DNA of 40,298 nucleotides from Leucobacter sp. (GTDB lineage Bacteria > Actinomycetota > Actinomycetes > Actinomycetales > Microbacteriaceae): contig JAUCCH010000055.1 in NCBI GenBank assembly GCA_034676385.1, positions 1-40,298 on the forward strand, written 5' to 3'. Of this stretch, positions 27,295 to 38,960 are shown in pieces. The position numbers and the translations under genes were made by a program. Each line of letters opens with the position of its first letter. Positions within the stretch are counted from its first letter, which is position 1. A model generated the notes under the pieces. That model worked only from the letters and a program-made list of their open reading frames with translations. It was not told the DNA's origin and searched no databases.

Positions 27295-28964
27295 CGACTC
27301 AACAGGTCAATTCGGTACTGCGCCGGGCGCTACCGCCACGTACGCGTTTCGCTGGTGGCGTTGCGCTGGGCCTGCTCGCCGACCTCTGTGTGGTGGGCCT
27401 ATTGGGGCTCAGCATGTGGCTTATCGTGCGGGCAGGGGAGCAGCCCCCGATCCTGCATCTCACATTCGCAATTGTTGGGGTTCGTGCGTTCGCGATCGGT
27501 CGCGCCGCCTTTCGATATGCAGAGCGGCTTGCAAGCCATGACGCAGCGCTTGCCCAGCTCGCGGTACTCCGTGCCACGACGTTCGAAGCGCTCGTGCCCC
27601 GCGTTCCCGGCGCTGTCGATTCTCACCGACGAGGCGATGTCCTTGCCACCTTCGTCGACGATGTAGATCAGCTGCAAGATGAACCGTTGCGGGTTCGTCA
27701 GCCTTTTGTTGTGAGCATGATTGTCGTGCTCCTGAGCATTGTACTTCTCGCACTTATCTCACCTATTGCGGCACTGATTCTTGTCTTGATGCTTCTTGCC
27801 TCTGGCGGCCTCGCGGTCTGGCTTTCCGCGCGAATCTCCGCGGCAAGCGATCTGGAGCTAGCTGCGGCCCGCGCCGACCTCTCAGATGCGCTGCTCGAAC
27901 GATATTCTGCGGCTGAGGTGCTGAGTGCCTTTGGTGCGATGGGTGCACAGCGTCAGCGAATTTCGGCAGCAGAAGATCGCCTGGCGCGTGCCCAGTCGAC
28001 GCGAGTGCGCTCCGCCGGCCTCACAGCCGCGGTGCTCTCGCTTGCAGCGGGTCTTTCTTCGGTGCTGGTGCTTCTGCTCTTGTCTCCATCTATGCAGATG
28101 GAGAATGCGGCCATCTCTGCTCCACTCTTTGCCGCCGCCGTGATCGTGCCGGCCGCGGTATTCGAAGTGTTTGCGCAGGTGCCCGCGACGCTGGTCGCCA
28201 GGAGAACAGTCAAGGCGAGCGCGCGCCGTATCGCCAAGCTGACCGAGACTGCTTTGCCGCCAGAGCTCCCGCGGCAGCTGAGCTTTCACAAGGATCACCA
28301 GCCCTTCGCACACCGAGCCGATCTGGGTGCCCCTATGCTTGAAGTGCGCGAACTGTCAGTGCGTCACCCGGGCGCTGTGTCGCCGGCGATTGCGGACGTC
28401 TCTTTTGCTCTCGGTGCGGGGGAGACCCTTGTGGTTACGGGCGAGAGCGGGGCTGGAAAGTCAACGCTTGCGCTCGCGCTTGTTCGGATGCTTGAGTACA
28501 CGGGCTCTTACCGAATTCAGGGCGTCGAAGCCCGAAGCATGTCAGAAGAAGAAGTGCGCGAGATCGTGGGGCTGATTGAGCAGCAGCCGCATCTCTTCGA
28601 TGCTGATTTGCGTCAGAACTTGAAGTTTGCGCGAGACACCGCGAGCGACGATGAGCTGCTCGGTGTGCTCGAGCGGGTCGGGCTGGGCGAATGGGTACGG
28701 GAGCGCGGTGGCCTTGACTCTCGTGTGGGTGAGCGGGGAGCGCTGGTCTCAGGCGGCCAAGCGCAGCGCATTGCTCTCGCTCGCGCGATCCTCGCTGATT
28801 TTCCTGTAGTGATTCTCGACGAGCCCACCGCCGGTGTTGATCGTGAGCTTGCGGATCGCTTGCTGACCGACTTGCTTGGTGCATTGCCAAATGATCGCGC
28901 GGTGGTGCTCATCACGCATACGGAACTGCCGGAGGAGATCTCGGTGTCCCGGTTGGCTCTCTGA
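27291..28964 (+). CDS. cydC: ABC transporter CydC
   Basis: Six-TM domain plus an NBD with 'VVTGESGAGKSTL', 'VSGGQAQRIALARAI' and 'VILDEPTAGVD'. Its GTG start overlaps the cydD stop. Confidence 0.88.
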   Translation: MTTQQVNSVLRRALPPRTRFAGGVALGLLADLCVVGLLGLSMWLIVRAGEQPPILHLTFAIVGVRAFAIGRAAFRYAERLASHDAALAQLAVLRATTFEALVPRVPGAVDSHRRGDVLATFVDDVDQLQDEPLRVRQPFVVSMIVVLLSIVLLALISPIAALILVLMLLASGGLAVWLSARISAASDLELAAARADLSDALLERYSAAEVLSAFGAMGAQRQRISAAEDRLARAQSTRVRSAGLTAAVLSLAAGLSSVLVLLLLSPSMQMENAAISAPLFAAAVIVPAAVFEVFAQVPATLVARRTVKASARRIAKLTETALPPELPRQLSFHKDHQPFAHRADLGAPMLEVRELSVRHPGAVSPAIADVSFALGAGETLVVTGESGAGKSTLALALVRMLEYTGSYRIQGVEARSMSEEEVREIVGLIEQQPHLFDADLRQNLKFARDTASDDELLGVLERVGLGEWVRERGGLDSRVGERGALVSGGQAQRIALARAILADFPVVILDEPTAGVDRELADRLLTDLLGALPNDRAVVLITHTELPEEISVSRLAL

Positions 28965-28992
28965 TTGGGCCCGATATCGGGGGGCCTTGTCT

Positions 28993-29229
28993 CTAAGATT
29001 CGCGCGGTGGTCGCCCGCGCCCACGCATTGGCTTCGGTCTCGGGTCTCGACCCGCGTCGATAAGTGCCTTGCGCAGGATGACTTCGATCTGGGCGTTCAC
29101 TGAGCGCAAATCGTCAGCGGCCCACTGAGCGACCGCAGCGTGCACGGTCGGGTCGAGCCGCAGTAGGAGCTGTTTCCTGCTGCGGCTCTCAGCCGGTTGC
29201 GATTCCGGCGCGGAATCAGTCGTAGTCAA
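28993..29229 (-). CDS. ribbon-helix-helix (Arc/CopG-type) DNA-binding protein
   Basis: 'LLLRLDPTVHAAVAQWAADDLRSVNAQIEVILRKAL' fits the beta-alpha-alpha RHH pattern. It lies immediately downstream of the SPFH gene on the same strand. Confidence 0.5.
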   Translation of the reverse strand: MTTTDSAPESQPAESRSRKQLLLRLDPTVHAAVAQWAADDLRSVNAQIEVILRKALIDAGRDPRPKPMRGRGRPPRES

Positions 29230-29241
29230 CTGCGCATCCGA

Positions 29242-30294
29242 CTATGAGTAGAGCGATCCCGCATTGATGACGGGAGTGGCTCGTTGCTCGCTCGTGAGCA
29301 CGAGCAAAAGGTTCGACACCATTTGGGCGCGACGCTCGTCGTCGAGCGCGACAATGCCCTCGTTCTCGAGCCGCTCTAGCGCCTGCTGCACCATGGTGAC
29401 GGCGCCCTCGACGATCTTTTCTCGTGCCGCGATGATGGCGCTGGCCTGCTGGCGCTGGAGCATGGCCTGTGCGATCTCGGGAGCGTAAGCGAGGGATGAA
29501 ATGCGAACCTCAAGTACTTCGAGGCCGGCAATCGCTACGCGAGCCGCAACCTCGTCAGCGAGTTCAGCTGAGACGAGGTCGGTGCTGCCGCGCAGCGACT
29601 GCTCGCCGGGGCCAGGCTCGTCGTATGGGTGCGTCGTCGCGACGTGGCGCAGGGCAGACTCGGCCTGGGTTTGAATGAACTCGTTGTAGGCCTCGACCGC
29701 GAACATCGCCTTGGCTGTATCGGCAACCTGCCACACGACGATGGCGGCGATATTGACGGGGTTGCCGTCAGAGTCGTTTACCTTGAGCTCGTGAGTCTCG
29801 AAGTTGTGCACACGCACGGAGACCTTTTTGCCCGTAGTAAAGGGAGCGACCAGGCTGATGCCATCGCGCCGTACGGTGCCAATGTATCGGCCAAAGAACT
29901 GGCGTACCGAGGTCTGACCCGGAGGCACGATGGTGAGCATTCCCCAGCAGAGCGCAGAAAAGATGGTGATCAAGATGCCGAGGATCAGGATGAATGCGCC
30001 GGCCCCGCCATAGCCGTCGTCGATCATGCCGCCGCCTCCGATGGCAAGGAAGATGCCAAAGAGGAAGCCGATGATGCTCAGCAAGAAGACGGTGATCGCA
30101 AGACCTGAGCCAAGGTGCCACGCTTTGCGCTCGCTGATGTTGACGCGGATGCCATCGTGGCCGACGGGCTCGCGGATGACGGGCGGAGGGGCGGGAGCAT
30201 ATGCAGGTTGGTGAGGAGTTGCTGCATAGACGGGCTGTTGTTGGTGCTGCTGTGGATGTTGGGGCGGCTGTTGTGGCGGTTGGTGCATGGTCAT
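29242..30294 (-). CDS. SPFH/Band-7 (stomatin-prohibitin-like) membrane protein with a Q/P-rich N-terminus
   Basis: A TM segment is followed by an SPFH core '[26 protein letters not shown]...[35 protein letters not shown]'. Confidence 0.75.
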   Translation of the reverse strand: MTMHQPPQQPPQHPQQHQQQPVYAATPHQPAYAPAPPPVIREPVGHDGIRVNISERKAWHLGSGLAITVFLLSIIGFLFGIFLAIGGGGMIDDGYGGAGAFILILGILITIFSALCWGMLTIVPPGQTSVRQFFGRYIGTVRRDGISLVAPFTTGKKVSVRVHNFETHELKVNDSDGNPVNIAAIVVWQVADTAKAMFAVEAYNEFIQTQAESALRHVATTHPYDEPGPGEQSLRGSTDLVSAELADEVAARVAIAGLEVLEVRISSLAYAPEIAQAMLQRQQASAIIAAREKIVEGAVTMVQQALERLENEGIVALDDERRAQMVSNLLLVLTSEQRATPVINAGSLYS

Positions 30295-30312
30295 CGAAGG
30301 CTCCTCGGATTG

Positions 30313-30333
30313 GTGATATTAAAATGATATCAC
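30313..30333. promoter_or_regulatory. AT-rich inverted repeat GTGATAT-N7-ATATCAC in the divergent SPFH/kynU promoter region
   Basis: Read directly. It may simply be -10-like AT-rich promoter DNA. Confidence 0.3.
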
Positions 30334-30415
30334 TTTAAGTGTCCGTAGCTTGAAGCCAGAAAATCTTTGAGTAAGGGTCTGACGAAGAGTCACCCTTCTC
30401 CCATAACATGACTGA

Positions 30416-31714
30416 ATGAGCAATGACGACGTACGCGCACTGTCCAGCCGCGAAGCATGTGAGGCGGAAGACCTGAAAGATCCACTCGCTTGCTTTCGCG
30501 ACGAGTTCGCACTGCCGGACGGGATGATCTACCTCGACGGCAACTCGCTCGGTGCGCGCCCGGTAGCCGCAGCTGACCGTGCACGCGACGTACTTGAGAG
30601 TGAATGGGGTCAAGACCTCATCGGAAGCTGGAACAAGAATCACTGGTTTGAATTGCCGCAAAGGATTGGCAAGAAGATTGGCGCACTCATCGGTGGGGGC
30701 GACGGGGGCTGTGTGGCGACCGACACTACCTCGGTGAACGTGTTTAAGGCCCTCGCAGCAGCACTGCGCATTCAACAGCAGGATGCGCCGGCGCGACGGG
30801 TAATCATTTCCGAGCGCGAGAACTTTCCGACCGACCTTTACATGGTTGAGGGGCTCATCGACTTTCTTGGTGAGATCGATGGAACACGGTACGAGTTGCG
30901 CCTCATCGATGATCAGGCCTCACTTGAGGAGGCCATGTCCGGCGATGCGGGTGCGGCGGTTGCAGCGGTCATGCTCACCCACGTGAACTACCGCAGCGGA
31001 GAAATGTGGGGTATGAAGCAGGTCACGTCGCTCGTGCACGAGGCTGGTGCACTTATGGTTTGGGATCTTTGCCACTCAGCAGGTGCGGTGCCGGTGGACT
31101 TGAGCGGTGCCGGGGCTGACTTCGCGGTTGGATGCACCTATAAGTACCTCAATGGTGGCCCGGGATCACCAGCGTTCATCTGGGCTTCAGCAAAGCACCT
31201 CGACCGGGTTGAGCAACCGCTCTCAGGCTGGTGGGGCCACCGCAAGCCGTTTGATATGGCAGTTGGTTTTGAACCGGCAGACGGAGCGAGTCGCTTACTC
31301 GTAGGCACACAGCCGATTCTCTCGATGGCGACTATGGAGGTAGGTATCGACCTCGCCTTGCGCGTCGACCAGCAGCAATTACGTACGAAGTCGCTCGCCC
31401 TCACCTCATTATTCATTGCATTGGTCGAGGATCGCCTGAGCTCGCACCCGCTTACTCTCATTACGCCTCGGGAGACAGAGCTCCGCGGAAGTCACGTGAG
31501 CTTCCGGCACCCCGATGGATTCGCAGTGATGAAGGCGCTCATTGCTGAGGGTGTGGTGGGTGACTACCGCGAGCCTGAAGTACTGCGTTTTGGCTTCGCC
31601 CCGCTGTACAACGGATATGCCGACGTGTGGGATGCGGTTGAAACCCTGCGCCGAGTACTCGATGATAAAGTTTGGCTCGCGCCAGAGTTCCAGGAGCGTG
31701 GGGCGGTTACATAA
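30416..31714 (+). CDS. kynU: kynureninase (PLP-dependent)
   Basis: '[13 protein letters not shown] ... [19 protein letters not shown] ... [22 protein letters not shown]' matches bacterial KynU. Confidence 0.85.
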   Translation: MSNDDVRALSSREACEAEDLKDPLACFRDEFALPDGMIYLDGNSLGARPVAAADRARDVLESEWGQDLIGSWNKNHWFELPQRIGKKIGALIGGGDGGCVATDTTSVNVFKALAAALRIQQQDAPARRVIISERENFPTDLYMVEGLIDFLGEIDGTRYELRLIDDQASLEEAMSGDAGAAVAAVMLTHVNYRSGEMWGMKQVTSLVHEAGALMVWDLCHSAGAVPVDLSGAGADFAVGCTYKYLNGGPGSPAFIWASAKHLDRVEQPLSGWWGHRKPFDMAVGFEPADGASRLLVGTQPILSMATMEVGIDLALRVDQQQLRTKSLALTSLFIALVEDRLSSHPLTLITPRETELRGSHVSFRHPDGFAVMKALIAEGVVGDYREPEVLRFGFAPLYNGYADVWDAVETLRRVLDDKVWLAPEFQERGAVT

Positions 31715-31728
31715 TCGGAGGGTCAGCG

Positions 31729-32922
31729 TTGCAACTTGAGGTTCCAGAGTTTGATACCGCTGCCCTCACTGAGAAGCCTGATTTCAGAACTGCGAGTGAA
31801 TTTGAGAGTGTTGCAACCGTAAAGTTTGCGCGTCGGCCCACACCGGTGGTCCGCACGGTGGCTTCAGTGATCCTCGATACCGTTGCGTTTTTCCTGTGGA
31901 TATTGCTCTGCATTCTGACCATGCTTTGGCCGTTCACACTTGAGACTGAGAATCGGGCATTTGATGAGCCGGTCGAGAAATTTGCTCTTGGACTGATATT
32001 GGTGATTCCGGTCAGCATTGCCTATTTTGCGATAGGAGGGCTAGTGATCTGGTTGCTTCAGCGGGGTAAGTCCGAGAACTTTCCCCGTCATCGGCTGAAC
32101 CAGTTTGCAGGCGCGAACGGCATGACGTACACACCGAAAGTGAAGCTCGCTGATGGTTCAGCGGCCTTCGACGTCATCGCTGGAGGCGAATCAGTACGGA
32201 TAGAAGTAGGCAACCTGCACCTGCCGGTCCCGGCTACCAAATCGGGAGCCACCGCGTTTGCATACGGGTATGCAGCCGTTCAGTTGCCGAGCCCTCTGCC
32301 CCACATCGTGCTGGATGCCGTTCGAAATGACGGAGTCTTTTCGCTCAGTGCCGGGCTGGATCGGGATCAGCACCTCAGCCTTGAGGGGGACTTTGATCGT
32401 TACTTCAGACTGTTCTGTGCAGACGGTTATGAGCGGGATGCCCTGTACATCTTCACACCGGACGTGATGGACAGCTTTATCAATGGTGCGGATCTGCTCG
32501 AGGCGGAGTTTCGTAACGATGTGCTTTTTCTTTACAGCGCAAGAGAATTGAGCACGACGAACCCGGAAGATTGGGCACTTGTCTCGCGCGCAATCGGAGC
32601 GATTCTGCCTCAGTTCACCTCGTGGGAACGATGGCGCGATACAGCTCGTGATGAATCGATCACGCCGCTCCCAGTGCCTGTCGAATCCTCTCCGATGCTC
32701 ACCGAGCCCCATTCGGTGTCAGCTGAGCTAACACCAGATGGGGCAGGGAATAATGTGGAGAATACTGCCTTGGTTTCAGATGACCTGCTTATCGCCCGAC
32801 GAACTGACGAGTTGGTGACTACACCGATGAAGCGTAGGGCGCCTCTCTGGGTGCGGTTCTTGCAGGTTGCGGTGGCCGTCTACAGTCTGGCGTTGATCAG
32901 CCTGATCTTTATTTTTGATTAG
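31729..32922 (+). CDS. hypothetical membrane protein (two N-terminal TM helices, a large central domain and a C-terminal TM helix); start uncertain
   Basis: A long ORF of 31672..32922 overlaps the kynU 3' end. A TTG at 31729 or a downstream GTG is the likely start. No recognisable catalytic motif was found. Local GC is lower than in neighbouring genes. Confidence 0.45.
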   Translation: MQLEVPEFDTAALTEKPDFRTASEFESVATVKFARRPTPVVRTVASVILDTVAFFLWILLCILTMLWPFTLETENRAFDEPVEKFALGLILVIPVSIAYFAIGGLVIWLLQRGKSENFPRHRLNQFAGANGMTYTPKVKLADGSAAFDVIAGGESVRIEVGNLHLPVPATKSGATAFAYGYAAVQLPSPLPHIVLDAVRNDGVFSLSAGLDRDQHLSLEGDFDRYFRLFCADGYERDALYIFTPDVMDSFINGADLLEAEFRNDVLFLYSARELSTTNPEDWALVSRAIGAILPQFTSWERWRDTARDESITPLPVPVESSPMLTEPHSVSAELTPDGAGNNVENTALVSDDLLIARRTDELVTTPMKRRAPLWVRFLQVAVAVYSLALISLIFIFD

Positions 32923-32942
32923 TTCAGTGTCGGACGCACCGG

Positions 32943-33836
32943 CTACCAAGTAGCATCAAGTGCTGCCTGGAAATTGAGCAGGCGATCCTCGTCGGGAAAA
33001 GGCAACTCGACCCCATCGATGGTCGTCACTGTCCGAATACCGTGCAGCGCGTTCACTGCCCAAACTTCGTGTCTCGCTAGCGTGGTCGGGAACTTGTTCT
33101 CTTGGTGAACCGGGACTCCGCGGCCAACAGCGAAGTTGCGAAGTGCGTACTCGGTGATAGACGGCACACGGCCTCCATCTTGTGAGACGCAGAGGGTACC
33201 GTCTTGCCACCAGAGAAAACTTGTGGTGGCTCCTTCAACAACCTGCCCAAGTTCGTTCGTGAGCAGCGCCTCTGCGCCGAGTTCTTGGTTCAGTTGTGCG
33301 TAACGTGCAATGTTTGGGCCCTTGCGGTCTCGGTGGTCAATCGGCGAGAAATCGGCAGTTCGAGCCTCTATGCTTTGGCCAAGCTCTGGCAAGTGTCTGA
33401 GCGAGAGTCGGAGCTGCTGATCGGTGATTTTCGACTGCTGCGCAGCCGGAACACCCCAGAGTTCAAGCCTGGGCCAACCGACACCAAACGCCGGAAGATG
33501 CTGCCGAACGTCAGCGAGAAACGTTTCAATCAATTCGGATACTTCGCGTTGCGCTGGGGTTCGGGTATCTATGAGCAGGATTGAGCCATCGTCATCTGGC
33601 CAGTTGTCATCCGGCGGTCGCATACCGGTGATTTCGATCGCACTGAGTGCGGCAGCACGGATTTCCTCGGGTAGTTCGGGCACCTGCGTTTCCGTACTCT
33701 GCGAAGCATCAAGGGCGGACACCTTGAACCTTGCGAAATGAGCGTGGAGATTGCGCACCTCAAGCTCACCGCTCTCAGGGTGTGCGCGCACCCGGAACGA
33801 GTCTGCGACCAGTAGTTCCGGTTCTTCGTGCGTCAT
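32943..33836 (-). CDS. pabC: class IV aminotransferase-fold protein, probable aminodeoxychorismate lyase
   Basis: 'ALLTNELGQVVEGATTSFLWWQDGTLCVSQDGGRVPSITEYAL' matches the PabC/BCAT-fold C-terminal motif and a 'RDRKGPNIARY' Lys is present. Start is taken at the internal Met (MTHEE) of ORF 32943..34001. It is divergent from pabB. Confidence 0.6.
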   Translation of the reverse strand: MTHEEPELLVADSFRVRAHPESGELEVRNLHAHFARFKVSALDASQSTETQVPELPEEIRAAALSAIEITGMRPPDDNWPDDDGSILLIDTRTPAQREVSELIETFLADVRQHLPAFGVGWPRLELWGVPAAQQSKITDQQLRLSLRHLPELGQSIEARTADFSPIDHRDRKGPNIARYAQLNQELGAEALLTNELGQVVEGATTSFLWWQDGTLCVSQDGGRVPSITEYALRNFAVGRGVPVHQENKFPTTLARHEVWAVNALHGIRTVTTIDGVELPFPDEDRLLNFQAALDATW

Positions 33837-33909
33837 GGTTCCATCTTTGCAGCCTGGCCGCCGCTTCGCTCGATCACACCTCCGCAGCACGCCGCAGTAA
33901 AGTGGTCGA

Positions 33910-35265
33910 GTGGTCGTGCGTGTAGTGAACTGGCCGCGCGAAACCGCATCGGTCGCGCGCAGTTTGGCGAGGGCTGACGCCTGGTTCTGGCTTGATGGCA
34001 CCGCGGCGGAGCCCGGCGGCTCTGCGGGAGTCAGCTATCTCGGCGAAACGGCCAAGGTTTTGCATTCCTCTAGCGGCAACGAACGCGAGTTTTTGCGAGA
34101 CTTCGCCGTACACTTCGAGACCGAGCTAGACAGCACTGGCTGGGTCGTTGCGCTGGGTTACGAATTTGGTGTGGGGCTCATGGGCGAGGATCCCGCGACC
34201 GATGATGTTCCGCCGGCTTTCGCGCTGCGACCCTCGACCGTGCTCGTGCTTAACCATTCGAATCAGACCGCGGAGCTCCGTGGCGAGAGCGACGCGGCGA
34301 TTGATGCTTGGCTCGGGAAGCATGGCTCCGCCTTCGAGGAGCAACCCATTCGGGACCTGCCGCTAGAGGCCATAGGGGTGTCTGGTTCATTCGTCGGCCC
34401 ACGAGCCGCACCCGTTTCAACCTGGCGCCGCAGCGATGCTCAGTACCTTGAGGATGTTCGGAAATGCAAGCATGCTATTCACGAAGGTGATGCCTACGTG
34501 CTCTGCCTCACCGATACCGCCGAGATTGCCGAACTCGCCGTCGACCCACTGAGCCTGTATCTCGAGATACTTGCGGGTGGGGCTGCGGTTCGCGGGGCAG
34601 TGATCGTGGCCGGTGATCGTGCTCTGGTGAGTACAAGCCCAGAGCGGTTCTTGAGCAAACGGGGCAAGAGCTTAGCGACGCACCCGATCAAGGGCACACG
34701 GGCAAGGGGGGACACACCGGAGGCTGACGCGATCCTCGCCAACGAGCTTGCTGCCGACCCGAAAGAGCGCTCAGAAAACCTGATGATTGTCGACCTCATG
34801 CGCAATGATCTCAGCAGGGTGTGCATTCCCGGCAGCGTGGATATCGAGGGGTTTCTTCGAGTGGAAAGCCACCCTCGCGTGCACCAGCTCGTGAGCTCGG
34901 TGATTGGTCAGATTCGCGACGATGCGGACATGATTGATGCGATCGAGGCGTGTTTTCCGGGAGGATCGATGACCGGCGCACCGAAGCGACGGGCAGTACA
35001 GCTACTTTCGGCACTGGAAAGCGACCCAAGAGGGCTGTATTCGGGCTGCTTCGGGTGGCTCGGCGACGATGGCGACGCTGAGCTCGCCATGAGTATTCGG
35101 TGCGTTGAATTGCGGGGAAAGCCGGGATTCGGGCAGCGGGCGTTCGTGGGTGCTGGTGGGGGAGTTACCTCCGACAGCGTGCCCACCCGGGAGCTGGCGG
35201 AGAAACAGCTAAAGTCCGCTTCTCTGCTCGCTGCTCTGGAGCGGATCGATTCCGAGTATCCTTGA
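33910..35265 (+). CDS. pabB: aminodeoxychorismate synthase component I (chorismate-binding enzyme family)
   Basis: '[20 protein letters not shown] ... [23 protein letters not shown]...[24 protein letters not shown]' matches chorismate-utilising enzyme motifs. At 451 aa it fits PabB better than TrpE. Confidence 0.75.
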   Translation: MVVRVVNWPRETASVARSLARADAWFWLDGTAAEPGGSAGVSYLGETAKVLHSSSGNEREFLRDFAVHFETELDSTGWVVALGYEFGVGLMGEDPATDDVPPAFALRPSTVLVLNHSNQTAELRGESDAAIDAWLGKHGSAFEEQPIRDLPLEAIGVSGSFVGPRAAPVSTWRRSDAQYLEDVRKCKHAIHEGDAYVLCLTDTAEIAELAVDPLSLYLEILAGGAAVRGAVIVAGDRALVSTSPERFLSKRGKSLATHPIKGTRARGDTPEADAILANELAADPKERSENLMIVDLMRNDLSRVCIPGSVDIEGFLRVESHPRVHQLVSSVIGQIRDDADMIDAIEACFPGGSMTGAPKRRAVQLLSALESDPRGLYSGCFGWLGDDGDAELAMSIRCVELRGKPGFGQRAFVGAGGGVTSDSVPTRELAEKQLKSASLLAALERIDSEYP

Positions 35266-35317
35266 ACGGTGTGTGCTCGCGTGCAGCGAGCCGGTTTTTC
35301 GATGTTTCGAGGTATGT

Positions 35318-37970
35318 GTGAACGAGCAGCAAGCAAACGCCACGACAGAGGTCGACGCGGAGGCTTATGACTTCCAGGCCATTCAAGACCGGTGGCTACC
35401 GGTCTGGGACGAGCTGAAGCCTTTCGAGGTGGGCAACGATCTTACGGGTGAGAAGCCAAAGAAGTACGTGCTTGATATGTTCCCGTACCCCTCCGGCGAC
35501 CTGCATATGGGTCACGCCGAGGCGTTCTGCTTTGGTGACGTGCTCGCCCGCTACTGGCGTGGGCGCGGCTATGACGTGCTGCACCCGATCGGTTGGGACA
35601 GTTTCGGTCTGCCCGCAGAGAACGCCGCAATCAAGCGAGGCATCGATCCTCGCGAGTGGACGTACGCAAATATCGCGCAGCAAAAGACGAGCTTCCGTGT
35701 GTACGCACCCAGCTTTGACTGGAGTAGGCAGCTGCACACGAGCGACCCCGAGTACTACAAGTGGAACCAGTGGCTGTTCCTCAAAATGTACGAAAAGGGC
35801 CTTGCGTACCGTAAGGCAAGCTGGGTCAACTGGGATCCGGTAGACCAGACGGTGCTTGCAAACGAGCAGGTGCTCGCCGATGGCACCTCGGAGCGCTCGG
35901 GCGCGATGGTGGTTAAGAAGAAGCTGACCCAGTGGTACTTCAGGATCACCGACTACGCGGATCGTCTGCTCGATGACCTGGATGCGCTCGAGGGCCAGTG
36001 GCCCACCAAGGTGCTGAGCATGCAGCGCAACTGGATCGGCAGGTCCGAGGGCGCTGAGGTCGAGTTCGAAATTGAAGGACCCGAGGACCGGGTTCCGGTC
36101 TTTACGACCCGCCCCGATACTCTATTCGGCGCAACATTTATGGTGGTGGCTCCAGACAGCGATCTCGCTTCGGACTCGCCGCAAGTGCGTCCGAAGAAGT
36201 TCAGATGCAGTTTGCGGAATACCTCACTGCGACGCAGAAGCAGAGCGAGATCGATCGCCAGACGGCAGATCGCGACAAGACCGGCGTCTTCCTCGATCAC
36301 TTCGCGATTAACCCCGTTAACGGCGAACGTATTCCCGTGTGGGCATCCGATTACGTGCTCGCCAAGTATGGTCACGGCGCCATCATGGCCGTCCCCGCTC
36401 ACGATCAGCGTGACCTTGATTTTGCACTGAAGTTTGAGCTGCCTGTGCGCGTTGTTGTTGAGGTGCGTGATGAGGACGGCGAAGTACTGCCTAACCCGCA
36501 GACCATGCAGGCATAGCAACGGCCGGCGACGGCCGGATCGTGAACTCCGGTGATCTTGATGGCTTGGGCAAGGTTGAAGCAATCGCCAAGGCGATCGAAC
36601 TGCTCGAAGCGCGCGGCACGGGGCGGGCGACGAAGACCTACCGCCTGCGTGACTGGTTGATCTCGCGCCAGCGTTACTGGGGTACCCCGATTCCGATTCT
36701 TCACGGTGCTGAAGACGGGAATGCGGGCGAGATGCGCCCAGTTGAGCAGAGCAAGCTACCTGTTCGTCTCCCCGCAACTGAGGGACTCGACCTGAAGCCC
36801 AAGGGATCCTCGCCCCTGGGTGCCGCAACCGAGTGGTCGAACGTGACGGACGCAGACGGCCACGCTTGGACCCGAGACCCAGACACGATGGATACTTTCG
36901 TCGATAGTTCCTGGTACTTCCTGCGTTTCCTTTCGGCGACTGACGACACCCAGGCCTTCGACCCTGCGCTCGTCAACGCCTGGGGTCCGATCGACCAGTA
37001 TGCGGGTGGCGTCGAGCACGCAATTCTGCATCTGCTCTACTCACGCTTCATTACGAAGGTGCTGCACGATCTCGGCTATCTCGATTTTGAAGAACCGTTT
37101 ACGGCACTGCTGAACCAGGGCATGGTGCTGCAAGACGGCGCGAAGATGTCGAAGTCGAAGGGCAACCTCGTCGAGTTCGCTTCGGAGCTGCAGGCGCACG
37201 GTGCCGACGCGCTGCGCGTAACTCTCGCGTTTGCTGGCCCTCCCGAGGACGACATTGACTGGGCCGATGTTTCGGTGCAGGGTTCGGCGAAGTTCCTCGC
37301 ACGTGCTTGGCGTGTAGCTGGGGACGTCTCGAGCGACGTGGGTGTCGACTACTTTCGCTGGTGGTGACGCGGGGCTTCGGCGCCACACGCACAAGTTACT
37401 CGCCGATGCGCCCGGCTTGGTCGAACACTACAAGTTCAACGTGCTTGTCGCTCGCCTCATGGATCAGGTCAACGTGACCCGTAAGGCTATCGACTCTGGC
37501 GTGGGCTCGGCTGATCCCGCTGTGCGCGAGTCCGCAGAAGCGATCGCGATGATCCTCTCACTCTTCGCTCCCTACGCTGCTGAAGACATGTGGGCGAAGC
37601 TCGGACATGAGCCAACGGTTGCGCTTCAGGTGTGGCCTTCTGCAGACGAATCGTTGCTCGTGGAGAACGAGGTCACAATGGTCGTGCAGGTTGACGGCAA
37701 GGTGCGCGAGCGCCTCACGCTTCCGCCTCGGTCAGCGAGGCTGAGGCTGAGGCAGCTGCGATGGCATCTGAGTCAGTGAAGCGCGCGATCGGTGACCGCC
37801 AGATTGTGAACCTGATTGTGCGAGTTCCAGAAGATCGTGAGCATCGCGACGAAGCCATAACTTCGATCTGCGATCGTTATGAGCGGCCCGCATCCTCGGA
37901 TTTGAGGGTGCGGGTCGTTCGTTCTGTACGGGAAACTTATCTCCCGCGCTTGGCGACAAAAAGTACGTAA
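35318..37970 (+). pseudogene. leuS: leucyl-tRNA synthetase split into five ORFs by four single-nucleotide deletions (as assembled)
   Basis: The HMGH class-I motif ([15 protein letters not shown]) and KMSKS are present. LeuS-like sequence continues across ORFs 35273..36430, 36205..36516, 36540..37367, 37342..37779 and 37761..37970, with frame changes near 36175, 36508, 37350 and 37725. Each is consistent with one missing base. The 3' tail past ~37850 overlaps holA and is probably a read-through artefact. Confidence 0.85.
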
Positions 37971-38960
37971 CGCTCGAGCGCGTAGACAGGGTCTCTGCTG
38001 CCGCCCTTCAGCGCAAGCTCGGTCTCCGCAGCGAGGTCGATCGCTTTGGCGAGATCTCCCTCGGTCCATCCGCGGGTTTTTCTTCTGCGCACGCTCGACC
38101 ATCCACGGTGCCATGCCGAACGTTGAAGCAAGCTCACCGGAGCTGCCTCGAGCACCGTAGACCCTGGCCATTCCCCGGACTTTCATGTTGAGGGCTGCCA
38201 GCATTGGGATAGGGTAGGTGCCGGTGCTCAAAGCCTGGCGCAATAGTACGAGCGCATCTGCTGCGCCGCCAGCCGTAGCCGCGTCAGCAACCTTGAACGC
38301 ACCTGCCTCGACCCGACCCTCGGTTGAGCGTTCAATGTCCGATTCGGTCAGGCGCTTGCCCACATCAGAACAAGGACCTGTTCAATGGCACCTGCCAGCT
38401 CACCCAGCCCGCCCTGATACGCAGCGACAAGCGCGCGAAGTGCGTTTTGGCGCAATCTGCGCCTCAAGACACCGAAACTCGGACTGTGCAAAGCCGAGCC
38501 TGTCGCTGTCCTTCTTTACCTCGGCGCAGACAATCTCGATGGCACCGATTGAGCCTCCCGCGTCGCCGCGCACGGCATCGAGCAAGGCCTTGCCTCGCTG
38601 ACCGCTCGCATGCCGAAGCACCAGAGTGGTGTCATCTGCGGGCTGCGTGAGGTAGCGTTTCGCATCCTCGAGAAAGGCATCACTCGCCTTTTCGACGCCC
38701 TCAACTCGTATGAGTCTTGGTTCGGCGAAGAGTGACGGGCTCGCGACCGTAAAGAGCTCGCCCTGTCCGTAGCTCGCTGCATCGATGTCGTGAATTTCGA
38801 CTGCCGCGTCGTTTGACCGGAGCATTTCGCGAATCGTTCTTGTCGCGCGATCTGCAAGAAATTGCTCGGGCCCACTGATCAGGACTACGGGCGCAGGACG
38901 CGCCTCGTTATACCCGATCTTGATGATCTTTGCCTTGCTGGTTTTCGTTGCCGCTGCCAC
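37773..38960 (-). pseudogene. holA: DNA polymerase III delta subunit, split into two ORFs by a frameshift near 38365-38400
   Basis: The N-terminal 'VVLISGPEQFLADRATRTIREML' and C-terminal 'GAFKVADAATAGGAADALVLLRQALSTGTYPIPMLAALNMKVRGMARV' match HolA. The GTG start at 38960 has an in-frame TGA just upstream. Confidence 0.7.

Noticed and set aside
28966-28990. Terminator hairpin after cydC (GGGCCC-GATATC-GGGGGGCC)
   Set aside because: The stem is only 4-5 bp and there is no clear T-tract. It is a weak candidate and is not reported as a feature.
37761-37970. Separate 69-aa gene after leuS
   Set aside because: It is the frameshifted C-terminal continuation of leuS ([19 protein letters not shown]). 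The extra tail overlaps holA by ~200 bp and is best explained as loss of the native stop through the frame errors.
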